Shown: positions 31,102 through 40,524 of the stretch, in pieces
Numbering within the stretch: position 1 is the first letter of the stretch
Layout of the letters: each line of letters begins with the position of its first letter
Assembly (NCBI GenBank): GCA_963706595.1
Contig: OY970166.1
Coordinates: forward strand, 640,001 to 704,000
Direction of reading: 5' to 3'
From: an uncultured cyanobacterium
GTDB taxonomy: Bacteria; Cyanobacteriota; Cyanobacteriia; Cyanobacteriales; Nostocaceae
DNA length: 64,000 nt
The notes under the pieces: generated by a model
The model's input: only the letters and a program-made list of their open reading frames with translations
The model's database searches: none
Told to the model about the DNA's origin: nothing
Translations under genes and position numbers: made by a program

Positions 31102-32277
31102 TCAACGTTCAGCTACGCGCATTAATAAGAATAAGCCAATTCCTAAAAACAGGAAATTGGGTAGCCAAGCGCCCAAGAAGGGAGAGACAACACCAGCTTG
31201 TCCCATTGCGCCACTAATAAAGAAAATTAAATAATAAGTAAAAATTACTATGACACTTATCCCAAAACTTGTGCCTCTGCCGCTACGCTGAGGTCTGCTA
31301 CCCATAGCTGCACCTACCAAGCCAAAGACTACACAAACAAATGGCAAAGAAAATTTTTGTTGGATACGTACTTGCAGTTTCCGAATTTTTTGCCTATCGC
31401 CACCGATACGTTCTATTTCTAATTGTTCTAAAGATTCGCTAATATTCATTTCGCCGTAATCTCGGCTTCTTTCTACCAAATTTAATGGTGTGCGAGGCAG
31501 TTGCAGTTGTTGGTGTTCAAACCGTAAAATGTTGCGATATGAACGGTCAGGAGCTACTAAATAAACTGTCCCGTTGTAAAAATCCCAAACGTTGTCAGAA
31601 GCATTCCACTCAGCAGATTCTGATACCACAATTTGATTTAAACCTTCCGTGGTGCGGTCTATGATTGTTAAACCATTCATTTGTTTACCATCAAACTTGT
31701 CAGCATAAAATAAGCGTGACAATATCCTGTCTTTGCTACCATCTGGCTGTTCAATATCTCGGTATTCGGGATAAAAGATATTTGACTGTTGAAAAGTGGG
31801 TTTATTTGACTTGAGGGCTTTATCCAGGGTCATTGTTGCTTGGTAATTTGCGGCTGGTGCTATTTGTTCATTAAAGACAAATGTCATCGTTGTCACCACC
31901 AAACTCAACATCACAGCCGTTAGCACCATGCGATAGACACTTACCCCACAGCCACGCATCGCAATTAGTTCGCTCTCGCCCGAAAGACGACTATAAGTCA
32001 TCAAAGTAGCCAACAGCGTAGACATGGGAAAGGCTAAGACAATAAAATTAGGAAACTTTAATAAAAAAACCTGAATGGCAATGCTGATTGGCAATCCAGA
32101 CTCGACAATTCGCCTCACTAGCTCAAACACAGCATCAATAGTGACACCCAGTGATGAAAATGCTCCCACACCAAATAAAAATGGTGCTACCAATTCTTTA
32201 GTCAGGTAGCGGTCCATGAGGGTAAAAGGCAACAGCCCATTGAGGCTGTATAAAGAATTGAGCTTCTTTGAGATCAT
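31102..32277 (-). CDS. LptF/LptG family LPS export permease
   Basis: MDRYL, LSGESELIAMRGCGVS, AWLPN; downstream of lptB. Confidence 0.92.
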   Translation of the reverse strand: MISKKLNSLYSLNGLLPFTLMDRYLTKELVAPFLFGVGAFSSLGVTIDAVFELVRRIVESGLPISIAIQVFLLKFPNFIVLAFPMSTLLATLMTYSRLSGESELIAMRGCGVSVYRMVLTAVMLSLVVTTMTFVFNEQIAPAANYQATMTLDKALKSNKPTFQQSNIFYPEYRDIEQPDGSKDRILSRLFYADKFDGKQMNGLTIIDRTTEGLNQIVVSESAEWNASDNVWDFYNGTVYLVAPDRSYRNILRFEHQQLQLPRTPLNLVERSRDYGEMNISESLEQLEIERIGGDRQKIRKLQVRIQQKFSLPFVCVVFGLVGAAMGSRPQRSGRGTSFGISVIVIFTYYLIFFISGAMGQAGVVSPFLGAWLPNFLFLGIGLFLLMRVAER

Positions 32278-32294
32278 AAGTAGTAAAAAATCAA

Positions 32295-33023
32295 TTACGC
32301 CTGAAAATTATCCCCTAAATAGTATTGCCGTACCAGGGGATTATTATAAAGTTCTTCAGGATTACCAAAAGCGAGAATTTGTCCCTCACGCATAATATAG
32401 GCGCGGTCTGTAATGGCTAAGGTTTCGCGGACATTGTGATCTGTAATTAAGATTCCCATGCCGCGATCGCTTAACTGTGCGACAATTTGCTGAATCTCGG
32501 AAACTGCAATGGGGTCAACTCCCGCAAATGGTTCATCCAAAAACAAAAACTTCGGACCATCTCTACCCGCAGCTAAAGCCCTAGCTAATTCTGTCCGTCG
32601 TCGTTCCCCACCTGAAAGTTGAATTCCTTTGCTTTTCGCTACTTTTTCCAACCGAAACTCGTGCAGTAAATCTTGCGTTCGTCTTGACCACTCCCGGCGC
32701 GGTACATGAGTTTGCTCTAGCACCAAGAGAATATTCTCCTGTACTGACAGTTGGCGAAAAATGCTTGCTTCCTGAGCTAAATAACCAATGCCTAATTGCG
32801 CTCTTTTGTGCATAGGCATTCCAGTTATTTCCATACTATCAAGCCAGACTTTTCCTTGATTGGGTTTTTCTAAGCCTGTCGCAATGTAAAAAGTCGTCGT
32901 TTTACCTGCACCATTGGGGCCAAGTAACCCGACGACTTCACCTTGAGAAATGGAAAGGTTGACGCGATTGACGATATTTCGCTTACCGTAAGATTTGTGA
33001 ATGTTCTCTAAAACAATTTTCAC
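32295..33023 (-). CDS. lptB: LPS export ABC ATPase
   Basis: GPNGAGKTT, YLAQEASIFR, LSGGERRR, DEPFAGVDP, ITDHNVRETL, YYLG. Confidence 0.95.
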   Translation of the reverse strand: MKIVLENIHKSYGKRNIVNRVNLSISQGEVVGLLGPNGAGKTTTFYIATGLEKPNQGKVWLDSMEITGMPMHKRAQLGIGYLAQEASIFRQLSVQENILLVLEQTHVPRREWSRRTQDLLHEFRLEKVAKSKGIQLSGGERRRTELARALAAGRDGPKFLFLDEPFAGVDPIAVSEIQQIVAQLSDRGMGILITDHNVRETLAITDRAYIMREGQILAFGNPEELYNNPLVRQYYLGDNFQA

Positions 33024-33338
33024 GATTCGCGCCTGTTCTGGTAATTAATTAAATAGTCATTAGTCATTTTTAATGAGGTTTAGGTTGGGTAGAGGACCGT
33101 TAACGTAGTTTGCCGAAGGCATAAGGGACTTCCCAGAAATAAATTATCCAAATAAACGTATCGCTAAAGCTCCACTTTAAGCGTAGCTTGCCGAAGGCTA
33201 ACACTCCAGACACAGGGGACACAGGCGCAGCTATGCCGTAGGCTTTACGACTGCGCTCAGGGCAAGCCTGCTCCCCTGCTTCTTTTGACCCAACCTAAGT
33301 ATATTTTATTTTTCAGGAGACCGTGTAGCGAATTGATC

Positions 33339-33794
33339 CTAATTAGATTGTCCGCGAACTTCAGTATCATTTATCATGTAGGTAGACTCTACTTGACGGT
33401 TGGATTGTGGTAAAGCGACAAAACGTCCTTCGTCAATCAGATAACTCACTTTTTCCGCACGGATACTATTGATTCCCTGTTGCAAAATATAGACATTACC
33501 ACTCAAATCAATCCGGCGTTCCTTGCTAAAAAATTGTGCTTGAGCAGCTGTAGCCTTAATTTGACGAGCCGGATACAACATCTGCACGTTACCGCGAGCC
33601 GTTGCTACTTGAGTGTTGGCGTTATATTCTTGCACATCAGCGCTAATTGTCAGGGGAGTATTTTCCCCAGATGCTTGTGCAGTGGCAGTTTGCATCCGAG
33701 TCGGAAATGTGAATGTACCCAAGATTGCAGCTGGTAGCATCAAGGCTAATCCAATCCGACGCATTTGTGATACTGGTAATTGATAGCAGGACAT
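33339..33794 (-). CDS. lptA: LptA/OstA family protein
   Basis: Signal peptide and beta-jellyroll-like ARGNV/LSGNV repeats; upstream of lptB. Confidence 0.8.
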   Translation of the reverse strand: MSCYQLPVSQMRRIGLALMLPAAILGTFTFPTRMQTATAQASGENTPLTISADVQEYNANTQVATARGNVQMLYPARQIKATAAQAQFFSKERRIDLSGNVYILQQGINSIRAEKVSYLIDEGRFVALPQSNRQVESTYMINDTEVRGQSN

Positions 33795-34089
33795 GATATT
33801 TTAATTACGAATTTAGGATATCAGCTTGTATACTAATTATCTCAATTTTTTTATCCAGATATAAAATCTACATTCTGGAGTAACTTGGGATAATCGCTGG
33901 GAATATTGACGCTTTGTCCAGCCTCAAGGTTTCGCCAAGAGCCAGATTAATCTGTCCCAGGGGAATACCAAAAAATAGTGTACATCTTCTGTCACCGAAG
34001 TAGAGACGTTGTATCCAACGTCTCTAAAATTTTTGAGACATCAGATTTGCAACCTGCATTCTCAGCTTGATGGAAACAAGTCTATGAGG

Positions 34090-34270
34090 GAATACAGTTC
34101 AGTTAAGCCTAAAAGTCAACGTCTACGTAGGTTGGGTTGTTCGCGTCAGCGTTGCGGAGCAATGGAACGTTAACGTAGTTTGCCGTAGGCGTAACCCAAC
34201 ATTTGCATGACTTTGTTGGGTTTCACTTCGTTCTACCCAACCTACAATTTTCTGAACACCAAGCGTATTG
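34090..34270. mobile_element. 181-bp MITE with a perfect 10-bp target-site duplication
   Basis: GTCTATGAGG at 34080-34089 and 34271-34280; ends GAATACAGTTCAGTTAAG / AAGCGTATTG; holds a REP-like palindrome and two SDR-like inserts. Confidence 0.85.
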
Positions 34271-34299
34271 GTCTATGAGGAGGTGTTCTCCGGTAAACT

Positions 34300-34692
34300 T
34301 TACGCGTTTATTAACACAATTTTAGGCGCAGGCAAAGCCTGACTATCACCCCAGTCCCCAACACTAAACTTTTCTGCTCCCATTTGTTGTAATGCTGACA
34401 ACAATGCTGCACTCTGACTCAATAACTCGTCTACATCAATCCTGCTATAAACAGATGGGTAACGTCGCAGGCGATTGCTGCCTTCTCCCAGTAAAATTAC
34501 TGCACCTCGCCAGTTACTATTACCCAAATGATACAGTGCAACAGCAATTTGGAGAACGCCTTGATAAAAGGTTTTTTCTGGTTCGCTGGCTTCTATCCAC
34601 AAAGCTTCTAAAGTGTCATGACAGGCGTAGAACTGTCCAGAGTTAAACTGTTCTACTCCTTGCCAAAACTCTGGGGGGATAATCTCACTCAT
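34300..34692 (-). CDS. DUF309 domain protein
   Basis: GVEQFNSGQFYACHDTLEALW, QGVLQIAVALYH. Confidence 0.9.
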   Translation of the reverse strand: MSEIIPPEFWQGVEQFNSGQFYACHDTLEALWIEASEPEKTFYQGVLQIAVALYHLGNSNWRGAVILLGEGSNRLRRYPSVYSRIDVDELLSQSAALLSALQQMGAEKFSVGDWGDSQALPAPKIVLINA

Positions 34693-35054
34693 GCCATACT
34701 TTCTCGGACTTCTTTGATGGCTTCTAGACTAATCTCTTGTTTGTCTCCCGCAAACTCGTTATCTGGGGTGAGAAACAGCATACAGTGGCATTCTTTGCGT
34801 TCTCTCATGGGTACGCAGGGACAATTCCAATAGGTGGCATGAACTTCCGCTTCTTTGTCTTCGTAGTGGCGACAGGGACACAATGGCGCACCTAAATCGT
34901 CTTTATGTTTTGCGAGTCCTTCAATCACGACTGCGGTTACAGAAGGTTCAGAACAAAAGTATGTCCCAGTCCTTTTAGCGTACTGTTCGGAAAAATGCCG
35001 CATTGCCTCTAGGCTTTTATCGGTGGATGTTGTGTTATTTTCTGATGAGATCAT
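34689..35054 (-). CDS. ftrC: Ferredoxin-thioredoxin reductase catalytic subunit
   Basis: LCPCRHY, WNCPCVPMRERKECHCMLF; start reassigned to MISSENN at 35054. Confidence 0.95.
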   Translation of the reverse strand: MISSENNTTSTDKSLEAMRHFSEQYAKRTGTYFCSEPSVTAVVIEGLAKHKDDLGAPLCPCRHYEDKEAEVHATYWNCPCVPMRERKECHCMLFLTPDNEFAGDKQEISLEAIKEVRESMA

Positions 35055-35214
35055 ATTGGATCGGCGCTCGTAATTAAAATATTTCTTTGCATTATTGTAC
35101 CTCAGCCTCACGGGGCTATTACTGGGGAGATTTCCCCAATCTGAGCAATTTGTCTGATGAGGACGGGCAAGATGCCCATCCCACAAGAGATTTATGGAAA
35201 TTTGGAATATGTCG

Positions 35215-35401
35215 GACTTACGCAGGGTACAAATTAATCATGGTATAATATTGCCAAAAATAGCCAATTTCCGGCTTTGAACAATGATTATGTTGATAGT
35301 AAATATACCCGTGTGGTAGGGGTTTAGCATTGCTAAACCCCTACGAAATATGTGCTTTTTAGTCTAATACATATTGGGGATTTATTGTCAATGCCTAAGT
35401 C
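35215..35401. mobile_element. MITE-like element holding a REP-like palindrome
   Basis: Ends GACTTACGCA / TGCCTAAGTC; internal gtaggggtttagcattgctaaacccctac. Confidence 0.55.
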
Positions 35402-35407
35402 ATAATA

Positions 35408-35513
35408 TACAGCACTTCCCGGTGTTATGAGGTACAAAAACCCCACCCCCAACCCCCTCCCCGCAAGCGATGAGGGGGCTAAGATGTACCTTATATAATT
35501 GGAAATCGCTGTA
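35408..35513 (-). mobile_element. Diverged MITE (TATAGCGGT-related family)
   Basis: Same core ccccacccccaaccccctccccgcaagcga..gagggg; ends TACAGC / GCTGTA. Further diverged copies at ~46350-46452 and ~55040-55080. Confidence 0.6.
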
Positions 35514-35560
35514 ATATGTTTGAAGTTGACCGGGAATAATGGGATACAAGCCCCGTCCTT

Positions 35561-35959
35561 CTAGGACGGCTTTTCTTGATTTCTGATATATTCTTTCAAA
35601 ACATCTAATGGCGCACCTCCAACAGATACAGCGAAATAACTGGGACTCCACAAAGATTCCTTATGGGGCTTTTTGTATCCAGCTTGCCCATATCGACGAC
35701 TAGAAACACCTTTCAAGATATTAACAATTTGAGAGATAGATAACTTAGGAGGATATTCAATAAGTGCGTGAACATGATTATTCTCGCCATTGAATTCAAT
35801 TATTTCAAAATCCATTTTTCTGGCTACTTCTCTAAAGGTTTTATCAACCAGTTCAAGGCTCTCCTTTGTGAATACAGACCTGCGGTATTTGGTAACGCAG
35901 ACCAAATGAATCTTTAAGTCTGTAACACTATGTCTCTGTTTGCGAAACTGGCTTGTCAT
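35561..35959 (-). CDS. tnpA: IS200/IS605 Y1 (HUH) transposase
   Basis: HLVCVTKYRR, HUH motif NHVHAL, LKGVSSR, LWSPSYF, catalytic YIRNQ. Confidence 0.95.
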   Translation of the reverse strand: MTSQFRKQRHSVTDLKIHLVCVTKYRRSVFTKESLELVDKTFREVARKMDFEIIEFNGENNHVHALIEYPPKLSISQIVNILKGVSSRRYGQAGYKKPHKESLWSPSYFAVSVGGAPLDVLKEYIRNQEKPS

Positions 35960-36010
35960 TTTCTGTAGACCAATGTATAGTTTTAATTACAGACCAATTA
36001 TACATTGTCG

Positions 36011-37228
36011 ATGAAAGCTAGGTATCAATTTCGTTTCTACCCAACAGACCAGCAGCAACAGCTTTTAGCTCAATTGTTTGGCTGTGTGCGAGTAGTTTGG
36101 AATGATGCACTCGCTATTTGCAAGCAATCTGTTAGCGTAGCGGGCGAGGGTACCCGCTCGACGAAACTGCCAAGTAATAATGACTTGCAAAAGTTAGTGA
36201 TTACACAAGCTAAAAAAACTGATGAGCGTTCATGGTTGTCTGATGTTTCCAATATTCCATTGCAACAATCTGTTGCTGATTTAGGAGTTGCCTATAAAAA
36301 CTTTTTTGATTCTCTCAATGGTAAGCGAAAAGGTAAGAAGGTAAATAGTCCTAAGTTTAAGAGAAAGACTTCTCGACAATCAGCACGGTTTAGAATCGGC
36401 GGATTTTCAATCAAAGGAGATGAGGTATATCTAGCTAAAATAGGCAATGTTAAGCCCATTTGGTCTAGAGGTTTACCGTCATCTCCGTCAAGTGTAACGG
36501 TCATCAAAGACTGTGCTAATCGTTATTCCCTCAGCTTTGTTGTGGAAATTGAACCTATCCAAATTGATGCGAAAAACCAAAGCATCGGTATTGATATGGG
36601 GTTAAAAACTTTTGCTGTAATGAGTAATGGTGATCAAGCTATTAGTCCTAATTACTCAATATTAGCTCAACGAATTCGGCGAACACAGCGCCAACTGGCT
36701 CGACAGCAGAAGGAATCAAAGCGTAGAGATAAAACACGTCTTCAAATTGCTAAACTGCATAACCAAATCGCAGATACTCGGAAAGACTTTCTACACAAAC
36801 TATCAACTAAAGTAGTTAGCGAAAACCAAGTAATTGTTTTAGAAGATTTGAATGTCTCCGGCATGGTCAAAAATCGTAAACTAGCAAGAGCAATTAGTTT
36901 GCAGGGATGGCGAGAATTCCGGGTATTTTGCGAGGCTAAATCTGAAAAACTTCATCGTGATTTCAGAGTCATTAGCCGATGGGAACCCACAAGCCAAGTT
37001 TGTTCCTGTTGTGGGTATAGGTGGGGCAAGGTGGATCTTTCTATTCGTTCAGTGCTGTGTCTAAATTGCAATACTGAACACGACAGAGATCAAAATGCTT
37101 CTAAGAATATAGAAATGGTCGGCATGGGGCATCGGCACGACCTTAAACGGACGAGGAGCGACTGTCAGACTACCCCGGTAGCTAGTTGCAGTGAGTCGTC
37201 AAGAATCACCGACGTAGAACGTCGGTGA
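36011..37228 (+). CDS. tnpB: RNA-guided endonuclease TnpB
   Basis: YQFRFYPT/FGCVRVVWN; RuvC-I GIDMG, RuvC-II LEDL, Zn finger CSCC..CLNC, RuvC-III DRDQNAS; start taken at ATG 36011. Confidence 0.95.
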   Translation: MKARYQFRFYPTDQQQQLLAQLFGCVRVVWNDALAICKQSVSVAGEGTRSTKLPSNNDLQKLVITQAKKTDERSWLSDVSNIPLQQSVADLGVAYKNFFDSLNGKRKGKKVNSPKFKRKTSRQSARFRIGGFSIKGDEVYLAKIGNVKPIWSRGLPSSPSSVTVIKDCANRYSLSFVVEIEPIQIDAKNQSIGIDMGLKTFAVMSNGDQAISPNYSILAQRIRRTQRQLARQQKESKRRDKTRLQIAKLHNQIADTRKDFLHKLSTKVVSENQVIVLEDLNVSGMVKNRKLARAISLQGWREFRVFCEAKSEKLHRDFRVISRWEPTSQVCSCCGYRWGKVDLSIRSVLCLNCNTEHDRDQNASKNIEMVGMGHRHDLKRTRSDCQTTPVASCSESSRITDVERR

Positions 37229-37239
37229 GTATGTCAATA

Positions 37240-38397
37240 TTAACGCATTGATTTTTGCAGTTGCGGTTGTAAGTCTTGTTCGTTCTGCACCAGAATACCA
37301 GGATAATCCCCATTAATTATGGTGTCTTCGGCTGGTGAAGTGAGATTTGGCCACAATACCCAACGACTGCCTTTTGGTAGGGAAGTTAGGCTTGAGGGGT
37401 TTTGAGTCAGCCAAATTAAGGCGTTGCTGTGGTCATTCCTGGTACTAATGTCTTCTTGATATCTGGTTGCGGCTAAGGCTTCCAAAACTACACGTTCACC
37501 TTTAACTAAACCTGTGGATGCTGTCCATAATTGCACTTGCATTTGCTGGCGTTGTGCATAAAAGTACAATGATGCTGCGGCAATTACTGCTTGCTCAAAG
37601 TGATCTGCTTCCCAATTCCCGGCACTGTCTAGGGCAATAATGATCTCTTGTCCACCTGTAACTATTTCTAATTCTCTCACCCGTAATTCCCCGTAGCGGG
37701 CGCTGGTCCGCCAATGAATCAGACGAGTGGGATCACCGACGCGATATGGACGCAGCGATCGCACTAACCCGGAAGTGGCTGTCTGCAAAGGTCTACCACG
37801 GGGATCGCCTCTTTTGCTCTCTTCTTGCCCCATTTCATCCACTAGGGGGCAGGTAGCTAAAGGTAACACGGTGGGATAGACAATGGCGGTGGCTGCACTC
37901 TGACGTTGACGACGACACCAAAACAATCCTAAAGGCGCACCAGTACCCAATTCTACTGTCTGCCAGCGATAAATTCCCCGTTGCGGCGTTGGTTGATCAT
38001 ATACCCAACGGTAACTGCTTTGGCTGTTAATTGTCTCAATTGCGGTTTTTACTGGTTTCCCTAAGACATAAGGTAATATATCTTCCACTTGCAACAAGCT
38101 GACAGGGTGCTGTGTTTGATTGCAGATTTCTAATTCTATGGTCAATTCATCGCCTGCTGATACGGGTTGGATGGGGCGACGTTTGACTACTAAACCGACA
38201 AGCGATCGCGGTGGTAAAAAAGCTGCTATACCTAAAAGGGCAAAACTAACGCCGCTAATAGCATACAGCCAGCCAGCCATGGTATTAACTGCGGCTCCAA
38301 AAAAACAAATCGCAATTCCTGCTAATACCCAGCCAGCATAAGCAGGGGCAATAAAACGGGTTTCTAACCAGTTGGTGATCGGTTTGATTATCTTCAT
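37240..38397 (-). CDS. DUF58 domain protein
   Basis: Two TMs, RGIY, PLGLF, VYP, LRPYRVGD..RLIHWRTSAR..ELRVRE. Confidence 0.92.
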   Translation of the reverse strand: MKIIKPITNWLETRFIAPAYAGWVLAGIAICFFGAAVNTMAGWLYAISGVSFALLGIAAFLPPRSLVGLVVKRRPIQPVSAGDELTIELEICNQTQHPVSLLQVEDILPYVLGKPVKTAIETINSQSSYRWVYDQPTPQRGIYRWQTVELGTGAPLGLFWCRRQRQSAATAIVYPTVLPLATCPLVDEMGQEESKRGDPRGRPLQTATSGLVRSLRPYRVGDPTRLIHWRTSARYGELRVRELEIVTGGQEIIIALDSAGNWEADHFEQAVIAAASLYFYAQRQQMQVQLWTASTGLVKGERVVLEALAATRYQEDISTRNDHSNALIWLTQNPSSLTSLPKGSRWVLWPNLTSPAEDTIINGDYPGILVQNEQDLQPQLQKSMR

Positions 38398-38406
38398 TTT
38401 TCTTAA

Positions 38407-40515
38407 TTAATTCAATCCAGTCCCCGCCACCAGGACATCATGTATGGAGTTTAATAATTGATCGGCGGTAAAAGGTTTTGCTAAAAATCCTTGAATCCCG
38501 GTGACAGTGGCTTGTGCTAAGGCTTCAGCCGCCGCTAGTCCACTCATAGCTATAATTTTTACCTGGGGGTTCATAATTTGCAAGGTGCGAATCGTAGTTC
38601 CCCCAGCCCTTGACGACATCATCATATCGATCAACACCAGTTTAATATCCTGCTGATGTTGGGTATAAAGTGTGAGGGCTTCAATTGCATTGTCAGCAAT
38701 TAATACTTTGTAGTTGTAAATCTCTAATGTGGTTTTAGTTATTTGCGTAATTGCCGCTTCTTCGTCTACAACTAAGATTAATTCTCCTTTGCCTGTGGGC
38801 AGTTTGGTCTGCTCTACTATGGAAGGAGTGCTGCTTTTGCTAGTGGGCAGGTAAACTTGGAATTGGCTACCAATTCCTACTTGACTGGATACTTCCACAA
38901 AACCGCCGTAGCTGTTGATGATCCCCAGCACTGTGGATAAACCTAAACCAGTAAATTTACCATTTTCTTTGGTAGTAAAAAATGGTTCAAAAATCTGCTC
39001 AATGACTTCTGGAGTCATGCCAATTCCGGTATCACTAACTGTAATCACTACGTAGTTACCAACTTTGGCGCTGAGACGCGTTTTTGTAAAGCTTTCATCA
39101 ATGAAGGCGTTATTCCCAGAGATTCGCAGTTTACCACCTTGGGGCATGGCATCACGAGCATTCATTAATATGTTGATCAATACTTGATGCAGTTGGGTTT
39201 GATTTCCCAAAACCATTTCTATATCTGAAGGTATATCTGTATCAATTTCGATAGATTGCGGAAATATGCCTTTGATTGTCTGCTCAACATCTTTGAGGAG
39301 ATGTGAAACTGAAACAGTTGCGCCTTTTTCGGGAAATTTGTTGGTGAATGACTGAATTTGTTGGACTAAATCAGTTCCCTTTTTAGTATTAGTTTCCAAT
39401 AACTTGAGCATTTCTAAGGAACTTTCACTCAACTGGGGATGTTTGAGTGGCAAAAGTTGCGCCACGATCATCATCGGCGAAAAGATATTGTTCAGGTCAT
39501 GAGCGATCGCATTCGTCAGAGTACCGAGGCTTTCCCATTGTTGGGCGCGCTGAAGCTGGGTTTCTAGTTGTTTTTTCTCCGTGATATCAGTATCAACACT
39601 CATGATAGATTTGGGTAAACCTGCGGCATCATACATAATTGTCCAACGGCTATGAATGATGATCGGCTTACCATTCCTAGTGATTTTTTGTAACTCTCCC
39701 AACCATGAACCATGCTCTAAAACAGTTTTTAATGCTACTGTCAGTTGAGGTGAATTTTCTGGATACAAAATTTCCCAAACATTCCTTCCTAGAACTTCCC
39801 CAGCGCGCCAGCCATAAATCTTTTCCGCGCCTTTATTCCAATATAAAATTTGATTGTGTAAATCTCTCACCAGAATGGCATCTGTAGTAATATCTAAGAG
39901 TGCCGCTTGTTCAGAGATTTTTCGCTGTGCTTCGAGGCGATCGCTAATATCCCGAAATAGCCATCGCAAGCTCTCTTTTTTGCCCTCAGAATTACCTTCA
40001 GTCAGAGCAACCGTCACTTCAGATGGAAAGTCTGTGTCACCTTCATTGTGAGATATACGTAACTCTTTTGTCAGTTTCTGTTTTTGCAGCCGCAATTCCA
40101 AGATCAAGGCGCGAAATTTTGGCAATTCTGTCTGCTCGATAAACACAGCTAAGGGTTTACCGATTAAGTAAGACTGGCGGACATTCAGTAACTTGGCCGC
40201 AGCAAAATTAGCTTCTTGAATTACCCCAGTCACATCAGTAACTAAATATCCATCGGGGGCAAAATTGAATAAATTTTGGTAAGACTGGCGTTCTGCTTCT
40301 ACAAGATGGCGGGTATTGACTAATTCCCGGTTTTGTTGTGTTAGCTCTTCAGCCAAGACGTGGAGTTCTTCTAAAGAAATTGCAGTTTCAGTAATCGCTT
40401 CTTGTACTAGTTCCATAGAAGCATCCGGCTCTCCTATTTGACTAGCACGCCCAGATAAATTTTCTAGTCGCTGATGCGCCCCGGCGATCGCCTTTTCTAA
40501 ATTATCCCTAAGCAT
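38407..40515 (-). CDS. PAS-PAS hybrid sensor histidine kinase with receiver domain
   Basis: N-terminal coiled coil, two PAS domains, AHDLNN H-box, NARDAM, DTGIG, FEPFFTTK, GLGL; C-terminal receiver. Confidence 0.93.
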   Translation of the reverse strand: MLRDNLEKAIAGAHQRLENLSGRASQIGEPDASMELVQEAITETAISLEELHVLAEELTQQNRELVNTRHLVEAERQSYQNLFNFAPDGYLVTDVTGVIQEANFAAAKLLNVRQSYLIGKPLAVFIEQTELPKFRALILELRLQKQKLTKELRISHNEGDTDFPSEVTVALTEGNSEGKKESLRWLFRDISDRLEAQRKISEQAALLDITTDAILVRDLHNQILYWNKGAEKIYGWRAGEVLGRNVWEILYPENSPQLTVALKTVLEHGSWLGELQKITRNGKPIIIHSRWTIMYDAAGLPKSIMSVDTDITEKKQLETQLQRAQQWESLGTLTNAIAHDLNNIFSPMMIVAQLLPLKHPQLSESSLEMLKLLETNTKKGTDLVQQIQSFTNKFPEKGATVSVSHLLKDVEQTIKGIFPQSIEIDTDIPSDIEMVLGNQTQLHQVLINILMNARDAMPQGGKLRISGNNAFIDESFTKTRLSAKVGNYVVITVSDTGIGMTPEVIEQIFEPFFTTKENGKFTGLGLSTVLGIINSYGGFVEVSSQVGIGSQFQVYLPTSKSSTPSIVEQTKLPTGKGELILVVDEEAAITQITKTTLEIYNYKVLIADNAIEALTLYTQHQQDIKLVLIDMMMSSRAGGTTIRTLQIMNPQVKIIAMSGLAAAEALAQATVTGIQGFLAKPFTADQLLNSIHDVLVAGTGLN

Positions 40516-40524
40516 TGTTTTCTC

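Larger units (their letters stand above)
35531..37237 (+). mobile_element. IS200/IS605-family element (IS605 group; divergent tnpA and tnpB)
   Basis: Left-end hairpin CCGTCCT-TCT-AGGACGG overlapping the tnpA stop. Right-end hairpin TCACCGACG-TAGAA-CGTCGGTGA followed by terminal TCAA at 37234-37237. No TIRs. Left boundary approximate. Confidence 0.9.
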
